NCBI GenBank assembly: GCA_002269645.1
Contig: NIVC01000361.1
Location: forward strand, 62,001 to 126,000
Direction of reading: 5' to 3'
DNA: 64,000 nucleotides
Source: Macrostomum lignano
Taxonomy: Eukaryota
The notes beneath the pieces were generated by a model. The model ran no database searches and was not told the origin of the DNA. It saw only the letters and a program-made list of their open reading frames with translations. Every line of letters begins with the position of its first letter. Positions within the stretch are counted from its first letter, which is position 1. This document shows positions 12,167 through 23,113 of the stretch, piece by piece. The position numbers and the translations under genes were made by a program.

Positions 12167-13070
12167 CTAAATTGAAGCTAAACTCTTGCCTTCTGGCGCT
12201 AAATTGAAGCTAAACTCTTGTCTTCTGGCGCTAAATTGAAGCTAAATTCTTGTCTTCTGGCGCTAAATTGAAGCTAAACTCTTGCCTTCTAGCGCTAAAT
12301 TGAAGCTAAACTCTTGCCTTCTAGCGCCAAATTGAAGCTAAACTCTTGCCTTCTGGCGCCAAATTGAAGCTAAACTCTTGCCTTCTGGCGCTAAATTGAA
12401 GCTAAACTCTTGTCTTCTGGCGCTAACTTAAAACTAAACTCTTGTCTTCTGGCGCTAAATTGAAACTAAACTCTTGTCTTCTGGCGCTAAATTGAAGCTA
12501 AACTCTTGCCTTCTGGCGCTAAATTGGCGCTAAACTCTTGTCTTCTGGCGCTAAATTGAAGCTAAACTCTTGTCTTCTGGCGCTAACTTGAAACTAAACT
12601 CTTGTCTTCTGGCGCAAATTTGAAGCTAAACTCTTGTCTTCTGGCGCTAACTTGAAACTAAACTCTTGTCTTCTGGCGCTAAATTGAAACTAAACTCTTG
12701 CCTTCTGGCGCTAAATTGGCGCTAAACTCTTGTCTTCTGGCGCTAAATTGAAGCTAAACTCTTGCCTTCTAGCGCTAAATTGGCGCTAAACTCTTGCCTT
12801 CTGGCGCTAAATTGGCGCTAAACTCTTGTCTTCTGGCGCTAAATTGAAACTAAACTCTTGTCTTCTGGCGCTAAATTGGCGCTAAACTCTTGTCTTCTGG
12901 CGCTAAATTGAAGCTAAACTCTTGCCTTCTAGCGCTAAATTGGCGCTAAACTCTTGCCTTCTGGCGCTAAATTGGCGCTAAACTCTTGCTTTCTGGCGCT
13001 AAATTGGCGCTAAACTCTTGCCTTCTGGCGCTAAATTGGCGCTAAACTCTTGCCTTCTGGCGCTAGAAAC
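12167..13070. repeat. 32-bp minisatellite (GGCGCT/GGCGCC core)
   Basis: Unit CTGGCGCTAAATTGAAGCTAAACTCTTGCCTT. Confidence 0.95.
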
Positions 13071-13774
13071 TAGAACTGCCTTGTCCCTCTGGCAATTTTT
13101 TTTTCTTAGTTATGTTATAATAAGGACACTAACTATGGATGCTGCGACTCTGGCTTGTGACCCCTCTGCCACCACGGATGAATATAGCCTGGCTAAGCCA
13201 CTGTCCTAATCAATTACGTTGTGAATGGATTTGTATTGTAGATAAGTCAACAGAAGCAATGTGTGCACTTGAGTGCTGGCATAACATGTAGCATAGCATA
13301 ACATTAACAACACACACGAGCTAGATGAGGTCACAGAAACCTCACAAAGGGGAAATGTGTAGCGCGACAGACACGAGACCGTACATAAAAGTACAAAGGA
13401 GATTAACATCAGTCGGACTGTAGTAGAGAGAAGGGAAAGGGCGAGGCGAGGCGGAAAGGATGTAGATGGGAGGCTGAGAAACCGAAAATAGATGCACGAG
13501 AGAGGCTGAGCATGATCCAACAGCCGCATGAATTATTGATCCATATAGCTCTGATACTTAACCCTGTTCCCTGTCCCAGTGTGTCGTCTGCAAGCAAAAT
13601 TCTGCGGCTTGTGTAGGTCAGCGGGTGCACTTTTGCACGGCTTACATGCGCGCACTCATGCATATTGAATTTACTTCGCCTGCCGAACAACCACTCCCAT
13701 TCTTGCTGATGTAAATCCCGTGCTGCTTCCGTGATAATCTTCAACATACGCATTTGCTGCTATCGGTTCCCGTC

Positions 13775-15030
13775 TATCTACTCTACATCCGATTCCCATC
13801 TATCTACAACAGATTCCCATGTATCTAAATCTGATTCTCATGTACGAGTATCTACATCCGATTCCCATGTATCTACATCTGATTCCCATCTATCTACATC
13901 TGATTCCCAGTCTATCTACATCCGATTCCCAGTCTATCTACATCTGATTCCCATCTATCTACATCCGATTCCCAGTCTATCTACATCTGATTCCCATCTA
14001 TCTACATCTGATTCCCATCTATCTACATCCGATTCCCGTCTATCTACATCTGATTCCCATCTATCTACATCCGATTCCCGTCTATCTACATCTGATTCCC
14101 ATCTATCTACATCTGATTCCCATCTATCTAAATCTGATTCCCATCTATCTACATCAGATTCCCATCTATCTACATCAGATTCCCATCCCATGTATCTAAA
14201 TCTGATTCTCATGTATCTAAATCTGATTCCTATCTATCTACATCAGATTCCCATGTATCTAAATTAGATTCTCATGTATCTACATCTGATTCCCATCTAT
14301 CTACATCAGATTCTCATGTATCTAAATCTGATTCTCATGTATCTACATCCGATTCCCATGTATCTACATCTGATTCCCATCTATCTACATCTGATTCCCA
14401 TCTATCTACATCTGATTCCCGTCTATCTACATCTGATTCCCATCTATCTACATCTGATTCCCATCTATCTACATCTGATTCCCATCTATCTACATCAGAT
14501 TCCCATCTATCTACATCAGATTCCCATCCCATGTATCTAAATCTGATTCTCATGTATCTACATCCGATTCCCATCTATCTACATCAGATTCCCATGTATC
14601 TAAATCTGATTCTCATGTATCTACATCTGATTCCTATCTATCTACATCAGATTCCCATGTATCTAAATCTGATTCTCATGTATCTACATCTGATTCCTAT
14701 CTATCTACATCAGATTCCCATGTATCTAAATCTGATTCTCATGTATCTACATCTGATTCCCATCTATCTACATCAGATTCCCATGTATCTAAATCTGATT
14801 CTCATGTATCTACATCTGATTCCCATCTATCTACATCAGATTCCCATGTATCTAAATCTGATTCTCATGTATCTACATCTGATTCCCATCTATCTACATC
14901 AGATTCTCATGTATCTAAATCTGATTCTCATGTATCTACATCCGATTCCCATGTATCTACATCTGATTCCCATCTATCTACATCCAATTCCCTTCTATCT
15001 ACAATCTACACAAGATTCCCATCTATTGAT
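13775..15030. repeat. 21-bp minisatellite
   Basis: Unit TCTACATCTGATTCCCATCTA and variants. Confidence 0.95.
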
Positions 15031-15787
15031 ATCTACCTATCTCACCTTACTAATTACGAGCGTATGAACTACCTGACCTTAATATCTATCTACCTCACAT
15101 TCCTATATCTATCTAACTCGCATTCTAAACCATCTCAGCCTCACATTAAACTACCTGCTTTAAATGCCTCTCCACCTTACATGCTATACTACACAGTGTT
15201 CTCTCCCCCAATTTGAGCAACCAACACACGCAGGCAAGCAAGCATTACTCTGAGCCCACATCCCACAGCCGCAGACTCCTACTCCCCGCTGTATTATTTC
15301 AGTTAACATTGACTCTCAGTGGTACCAGCTAACACTAACAAACACACGCAGCCGGGTTCCGCATGCCCCCCCCCCCGTCACAAAGCCCGAAGCTATATGC
15401 GATTTAGGTGGTACGCATGTTTGCAGTCATGTCGCAAGCTGCCGCCCGTGCGCTATAAATAAACTAAGAGAGAGGTAGAGAGAGAGGGGGGAACTGCAGT
15501 GCGCAGCTTAGCAATCTTATACTGGCTAATATTGAAAAATGCATTAATGCATATTTTAACAAGGACAATAGAGGCGCGTATGTGGAGTAGCAACCGTTCC
15601 TTAGTCCTTGTGGAAAGCTTTTTATGCCTCCTATTCCTAATATTGATTGATTTCAATATAGCACAGGGTAGGTATTAGGCTGCTTGGGGGGAGCAGCAGG
15701 GGGAGAGAACAATGACAAGCATTGTCAGAAACAAGAGCGCTGAGTATTAAGTAGCCTGTAAAAGTGCACCAATGTGACACAACTCAC

Positions 15788-16055
15788 AATCAAATCTAGA
15801 CGACTCCGAATGATCCTGGGGTTCCAATTTAGTCTCTGCTGCGCTGGCCGAGGGGGCCACCTCCTGCCGTTCCATCTTAATGCGCTTCTTGGCGGGCCCT
15901 TGAAACTCTTTGGTCTCCTTGGAAGCAGAAGACACTGATTGCTCCTGCTCAGCCGAGTCAGCGCTACGGCGTTTGAACGAGCGCTTGGGACTGTAGACCT
16001 CGGAGGCTGGGGTCTGGTGAAGTGAAGAGTCGGGTGCAGAGCCGAGCTCAAGATG
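15788..16055 (-). CDS. KDM3: KDM3-like coding exon 3 (contains PAKKRIK NLS-like motif)
   Basis: CAG acceptor 16057-16056, reads HLELGSAPD...PAKKRIKMERQ...SRFD, GTGAGT donor 15787, phase 1 matches exon 4. Confidence 0.75.
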
Positions 16056-16089
16056 CTGTTAAGGCATTATTCTGTAGGCTGCTTGGGCT

Positions 16090-17600
16090 ATTATTCGGGA
16101 CAATGTTGATGGGCTATTATTTGGAGAAATGTTGATGGCAGATGGGGTATTATTCGGAGCAATGTTGATGGGGTATTATTCGGAGCAATCTTGCTGGGGA
16201 ATTATTCGGATAAATATTAATGGGGTATTATTCGGAGCAATATTAATGGGGTATTATTCGGAGCAATGTTGATGGGGTATTATTCGGGACAATGTTGATG
16301 GGGTATTATTCGGATCAATGTTGATGGCAGATGGGGTATAATTCGGAGCAATATTAATGGGGTATTATTCGGAGCAATGTTGATGGGGTATTATTCGGAG
16401 CAATCTTGCTGGGGAATTATTCGGAGAAATATTAATGGGGTATTATTCGGAGCAATATTAATGGGGTATTATTCGGGACAATGTTGATGGGGTATTATTC
16501 GGATCAATGTTGATGGCAGATGGGGTATAATTCGGAGCAATATTAATGGGGTATTATTCGGAGCAATGTTGATGGGGTATAATTCGGAGCAATATTAATG
16601 TGGTATTATTCGGGGCAATGTTGATGGGGTATTATTCGAGACAATGTTGATGTGGTATTATTCGGAGCAATGTTGATGGGGTATTATTCGGGACAATGTT
16701 GATGGGGTATTATTCGGAGCAATGTTGATGGGGTATTATTCGGGACAATGTTGATGGGGTATTATTCGGGACAATGTTGATGGGGTATTATTCGGAGCAA
16801 TGTTGATGGCAGATGGGGTATTATTCGGAGCAATGTTGATGGGGTATTATTCGGAGCAATGTTGATGGGGTATTATTCGGAGCAATGTTGATGGGGTATT
16901 ATTCGGAGCAATGTTGATGGGGTATTATTCGGAGCAATGTTGATGGGGTATTATTCGGAGCAATGTTAATGGCAGATGGGGTATTATTCGGAGCAATGTT
17001 GATGGGGTATTATTCGGAGCAATGTTGATGGGGTATTATTCGGAGCAATGTTGATGGGGTATTATTCGGAGCAATGTTGATGGCAGATGGGGTATTATTC
17101 GGGACAATGTTGATGGGGTATTATTCGGAGCAATCTTGCTGGGGAATTATTCGGATAAATATTAATGGGGTATTATTCGGGACAATGTTGATGGGGAATT
17201 ATTCGGATAAATATTAATAAGGTATTATTCGGAGCAATGTTGCTGGGGAATTATTCGGATAAATATTAATGGGGTATTATTCGGAGCAATATTAATGGGG
17301 TATTATTCGGAGCAATGTTGATGGGGTATTTTTCGGAGCAATGTTGATGGGGTATTTTTCGGAGCAATGTTGATGGGGTATTTTTCGGAGCAATGTTGAT
17401 GGGGTATTTTTCGGAGCAATGTTGATGGGGTATTTTTCGGAGCAATGTTGATGGGGTATTTTTCGGAGCAATGTTGATGGGGTATTTTTCGGAGCAATGT
17501 TGATGGGGTATTTTTCGGAGCAATGTTGATGGGGTATTTTTCGGAGCAATGTTGATGGGGTATTTTTCGGAGCAATGTTGATGGGGTATTATTCGGGACA
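16090..17600. repeat. 26-bp minisatellite
   Basis: Unit GGGGTATTATTCGGAGCAATGTTGAT. Confidence 0.95.
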
Positions 17601-18260
17601 ATATAGGGATTTATATTGATAAGTCAGATGGCTGGGTTACAATAGAACTGAGTGCAATAGTCCCAGGAAATTGTAAATACAAACTTCACTCAAATTGATC
17701 GCATGGAAGTGTGATGAGCACCTAAGCGAAATAATAATCACTAAGGAAACTGACTAAACTTGTGCACCAGAAGCTCTGCACCTGGGACGCATATACAAAG
17801 GATCTTCCCTTACCCTGAACAGTTTCAGGCATTGACTCAATAGTTGTTTCTGAGCATAGCAGAGCAATTATGCGTGCTATTTGTGCTTAGAATAACTGCC
17901 TCAAGAACTGATTGTGTGCGTTTATTTTCAATTTTTTTCTCACAAAATACCGTTTGGCGCCTTGGGGAATGGAAGCGAAAATCTTTTTACTTTATCTGTT
18001 TTGTTTAATCACCAGCTCAATTATCGCATCTGGCTTGGCTCTCTGTCTATAGCCTGTGATTAAAGGAAACTGCTCGAAAATACGGGAGATAAACCAATTA
18101 CAGGGAAGCAGCTGGTGCACTGACAAAAGAATGTGCGGCTGGAATAATCATCTGTTCAATTAGTCTCGTGCAGCTGTGCTGTAAAACTGCAACAATATTG
18201 CTTTTTAAAAACCACGGTTTCTGAGGATCCTTGTGGGACTAAAAGTAGCTGGTGAACATT

Positions 18261-19160
18261 AGGGGTAGCTGTGGGGACAGGAGGGGTAGCTGTGGGGACA
18301 GGAGGGGTAGCTGTGGGGACAGGAGGGGTAGCTGTGGGGACAGGAGGGGTAGCTGTGGGGACAGGAGGGGTAGCTGTGGGGACAGGAGGGGTAGCTGTGG
18401 GGACAGGAGGGGTAGCTGTGGGGACAGGAGGGGTAGCTGTGGGGACAGGAGGGGTAGCTGTGGGGACAGGAGGGGTAGCTGTGGGGACAGGAGGGGTAGC
18501 TGTGGGGACAGGAGGGGTAGCTGTGGGGACAGGAGGGGTAGCTGTGGGGACAAGAGGGGTAGCTGTGGGGACAGGAGGGGTAGCTGTGGGGACAGGAGGG
18601 GTAGCTGTGGGGACAGGAGGGGTAGCTGTGGGGACACGAGGGGTAGCTGTGGGGACAGGAGGGGTAGCTGTGGGACAGGAGGGGTAGCTGTGGGGACAGG
18701 AGGGGTAGCTGTGGGGACAGGAGGGGTAGCTGTGGGGACAGGAGGGGTAGCTGTGGGGACACGAGGGGTAGCTGTGGGGACAGGAGGGGTAGCTGTGGGG
18801 ACAGGAGGGGTAGCTGTGGGGACAGGAGGGGTAGCTGTGGGGACAGGAGGGGTAGCTGTGGGGACAGGAGGGGTAGCTGTGGGGACAAGAGGGGTAGCTG
18901 TGGGGACAGGAGGGGTAGCTGTGGGGACAGGAGGGGTAGCTGTGGGGACAAGAGGGGTAGCTGTGGGGACAGGAGGGGTAGCTGTGGGGACAGGAGGGGT
19001 AGCTGTGGGGACAGGATGGGTAGCTGGGTGGACAGGAGGGGTAGCAGTGGAAAGGAGGGGTAGCTCGGTGGACAGGAGGGGTAGCTGTGAGGACAAGAGG
19101 GGTAGCTGGTGGACAGGAGGGGTAGCTGTGAGGACAAGAGGGGTAGCTGGTGGACAGTGC
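18261..19160. repeat. 21-bp G-rich minisatellite abutting exon 2 donor
   Basis: Unit GGGGTAGCTGTGGGGACAGGA. Confidence 0.96.
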
Positions 19161-19178
19161 AATAGGCAGTAAACTCAC

Positions 19179-19188
19179 CCCTTTCATC

Positions 19189-19227
<39 letters not shown>

Positions 19228-19459
19228 TCCTGCTGCATCCGTCTGAGCCAAGCCTTCTTCAGTCCCACAGCCGGAGTAGCAGCAACGCAACCCGCAGTGG
19301 CGGGAGCGGACGGCGGCGGACTGCCAGACGGTCCGGGCGTCCCAGCGCTGGCGATTGACCCAGTCGGAGAAGATGTCGAATTGCTAGGTGTAGAACTCTG
19401 CTGAGTTTTCTGCTGGAGCTGTGGCTGCGGCTGGGGCTGGGGCGGCTGCTGTTGCTGCT

Positions 19460-19493
<34 letters not shown>

Positions 19494-20385
19494 CTGTTGC
19501 TGTTGCTGTTGCTCCTGTTTTTGCTTCTGCTGCTGCTGCAACTGCTGTTGCTGCAGCTGCTGCTGTTGCTGCAGCTGCTGCTGTTTCTGATGCTGATGCT
19601 GCTGTTGTTGTGGAGGCGGTGGCGGTAGCGGCGGTGGCGGCGGCGGTGGTGGCGGCTGTTGAATGACAGGCGGTTGCCGAGGCAGCGGCGGAGTGGCTCC
19701 AGCAGCGGGCAAAGAGTTCGGCGTTGCTGGATTAATCGGCCGAGCTTCCTGCGTGAAGGAGGCCGCTCTGCTGCGCGACCGTTGCTGATGGTGATACGAT
19801 AAAGGCGGGAGCGGCAGCGGCGGCAGTGGCGGAGGCAGCGGCTGGTGCTGCTGATGCTGACTACTGCGAGGCATGGGAACGTGTGGGGCTTGCGGCTGCG
19901 GGATCAGGTGACGGCGCAATGGAGCGGCTGCGGCGGCTGCAGCGGCGGCAGCGGAATTGATCCCGCCAATCGATGACATTTGCTGCTGTTGTTGCTGGGG
20001 CTGGGGCTGCTGCTGCTGCTGTTGCTGGCGTTGAAGCTGTTGATGAGCCTGATAGTGCAGCAGGCTGTGCTGGTGCTGCCTGTTCATCTTGTCGATGCTG
20101 AGCTGGAAATGCTGCTCAACTAAGTCGCTGGTTTGATCAGCCACCGCCGCCGCCGCTGCCGCTGCTGACGTTGCTGGCGTCAATGGCGGCGGGGGAGGCG
20201 GCGGGGGAGGCGGCTGCTGCTGTGTCGGTACAGGCAGTGGCACTTGGCCAGATGCTGTGGCGGCGGCTGCGGCTGCGGCAGCGGCGGCGACTGCTGCGGA
20301 GGGTCCACTGTTGCTGCTGCCGCGTGGCGGCGTCTTGCGGCTGCTGCTGCTGCTGCGAGGCTTCGCATCATCGTGCCTGTACATC
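19179..20385 (-). CDS. KDM3: KDM3-like coding exon 2 (poly-Q/P/A low-complexity)
   Basis: CAG acceptor 20387-20386, GTGAGT donor 19178; phases match both neighbouring exons. Confidence 0.78.
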
Positions 20386-22412
20386 CTGGTGAATTGAGGA
20401 TGTGGGCAATTCTTATTCAAACATAAGAAGTTAGAATTAGCCATGACAACCCAAAACTGTCTTGGTCATGTCACAGAAGTATACCATACTATGGATATGG
20501 ACAGATAATAGCTATTGGTAATAAGTGAAGCGAATTGGGGATACTAATCGCTTCCGTTTCTCGGGGATTTATCACCCTTCTCTCTGTGGTTTTATATTTG
20601 ATTCGTTATTTTAGTCTCAGTGTCGTAAAACTACTCGCATATATTAGCGCCTCCCAGTTGTGGAAATAGATCGTAGTCTAAAAAAGCAGACAAGCGAAGC
20701 CATAATGCTGTTGAAGTGAAATCGGGCTCTCGGACAGAAGACGGTGATAAATCATTAGACGGACGGGAGGAAAGGAAGTGGACAGCTTGGAGCGGTCAAG
20801 GCGTCTTGTCCAGATCCAACCCATGTAATGTCACTGCGCAGATGACAAATTTGCGATAATGTTTTGAATATTCGTTATCTTTCATTTCGTATTCATAGTA
20901 ATAGTAAAGCGGTAGGAAATGGTTAGTTAGCATTTGTCCTTCATTGCTATTTAAGAGTGCGCGCGCGAGCAGCAAAACAAATTTTAAACAGAATATATAA
21001 AGTTCCTAACAAACCAACCCTCAACCGGCGCTGTCAAAAGGCCCAACTGAAGACCTGCCGACCGACAAAAATCGCTAATAGAACAAAGACCAACTGGAGT
21101 AAGGCTCAGACTGCTGGCGCCACAACAATCTAAGCCTCTTTATTTTTACGATCTACTAGCGTATATATGATAAATTCTTCTTATATGATAGTATGCAGTA
21201 AAATATTGAGAAGATACGCATCAGTTCAATTCATAGCAGATGTGAAGGCAGGCGGGCTTGATAATAATTAATAATATATATTTACAAACTCTGCACACAG
21301 TGCGCCACGGTTGAACCCCCCAAGGGTACAAGCAATAAAACTTTAGACCCCACCAAGGCATGACATTGGTGTTTTTAACTATTTAGTAAGTTGTGCGTCA
21401 AAGCGGAAAGCACGAGAGACGAGAGGCACACGAGGCCTGCGAGGGAGAGAGAGAGAAGGGGCAATCTAAAGGCCTGGCGGCACAAGGAAGGTCGGAATGC
21501 AATGTATGTGCAATGTTCAACCGTGTACACACAAGTCCGCTCACTTGAGTTTATCTTAACCTATTATTATACGGACTAGATAATATATTCGTTCAACTTT
21601 TATTAAATCGTCAATCAAATTTAAACTTAAAAGGTTGCAACAAATTCCAGCGTTTTGAGAGCTAGTTTAGATAAAAGGAGGGGGGAGCTGGGAGAGGAAT
21701 CTAGAGCAGCGATGCACTTAAAGTTCAAGCGTGCGCGTTAGCTTAAGAAATTGAAAAACACCGCCGGGCGCCGCTTATGTTATACACGAGCTATTATTAG
21801 TGTAGCTTAAATAATTGGATTTGATAAGCTCTTTCCCACCATTGGCTTGACTTGCGGGCCCATTCAACTTATTACTTAGATAAGCGAACAGCCCCAGATT
21901 CACTAGCCTCACTCCCGCCTGTAAATTTCACCAAGCCGAAGATTTTTTAATAGATTAGCCTATTCTGCGCAGTTCTCGCTGGCAAAAATTAAACTTTGAC
22001 CTTTCCCCAAGTGCAGTTTAGCCTATTATTTAGCCTATACCCCAGGGCCCAAGGCAGGCAAGAGTATTCTAATTATCAGAAGCTATAAAATATTTCATTA
22101 AATTGAAGTCACCTTTATGGCTTTATTTGTTTGTTGATAAACGCAGTCGCACGTTCATTATGAAATAAATAATTAATTAACTCCATGTGTACGTTCGATT
22201 GGATGGAAATTTTACTAAAAAACAGCATACGTGCAAGTACACGTAAACACATAATATGCGGACATTATTGGAGGAGTGGAGGACCAAAAACCTTAAAAGG
22301 ACAAAGTGTTGGTTAAAAGGCTGGCTGAGTCTAGCCTAGGATAGAAGTATTCCCTCATTCAAGGTAAATGTTCAGGCCTCAGAGCAGAGCAGTATAAAAA
22401 AGTCGCACTCAC

Positions 22413-23113
22413 CGTTCCATTTGGCTCTGATTTCTGCACAATTCATCCTGATACTGCAGCAGCATCCAGAAGGGCGGCGGAGGCACATCCGGATGCATGT
22501 GCTCCCACATTGATTTCAAATTGCTGTAGTGCGGCTCTTTGGCCGCCGCTGCTGCCGCCGCTGCCGCCGCCTGCGGAAATGCGGCAGCCTGCTGCATTAC
22601 CTGGCACATCTGAGCATGCGCCTGCATTCGCTGGTACTCTTGCTGCAGTCTTTGTTGATGCATCTGTTGTTGCTGCTGTTGAGCCTGTTGTTGCTGTTGT
22701 TGTTGCTGTTGTTGAAGTGCCAGTAGATGCGCGTGGTGCTGTTGATATAACAGCATCTGCTCAGCGTCCGCTTTGCTCATTGACGCCAATGACCCTCCTG
22801 AAGTTGTCGCTGGATACTTCGGAATGGCGTGACCATTTCCGCCGTATATTGAACTTATTAAATAGTTTTTCTCACTAGATGGTAGACTCTGCTGTTGCCG
22901 CTGATGATGATGGCTGCTGCGGCTGTGCTGATGCTGTTGTTGCTGCTGGTGCTGCTGCAACTGCTGCTGCTGATACTGCTGATGATGCTGAGCTAGTTGA
23001 GCAGCAGCTGCAGCGGCCGCCGCAGCTGCAGCAGCCTGGCTATGATTCTGCTGCTGTGCCATCAGCGAGGCTTGCGAAGCACCACTGCTGCTGCTCATTA
23101 GCTTCTTGTGCAT
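22413..23113 (-). CDS. KDM3: KDM3/JMJD1-like protein, coding exon 1 (poly-Q/A/H low-complexity)
   Basis: Pyrimidine tract+AG acceptor at 23127-23126, ATG at 23113, GTGAGT donor at 22412; phase 2 joins exon 2 as QME-R-MYR. The frame is open upstream of the ATG (KAPE), so a further upstream coding exon is possible. Confidence 0.75.

Noticed and set aside
15747-15790. CELCH zinc-knuckle-like motif at the end of exon 3
   Set aside because: It overlaps the GTGAGT donor at 15787 and is intronic.
18156-19178. SYPSCPH/TATPPVP extension of the 762-aa ORF
   Set aside because: A GTGAGT donor at 19178 splices in phase to exon 3; the extension is intronic repeat read-through.
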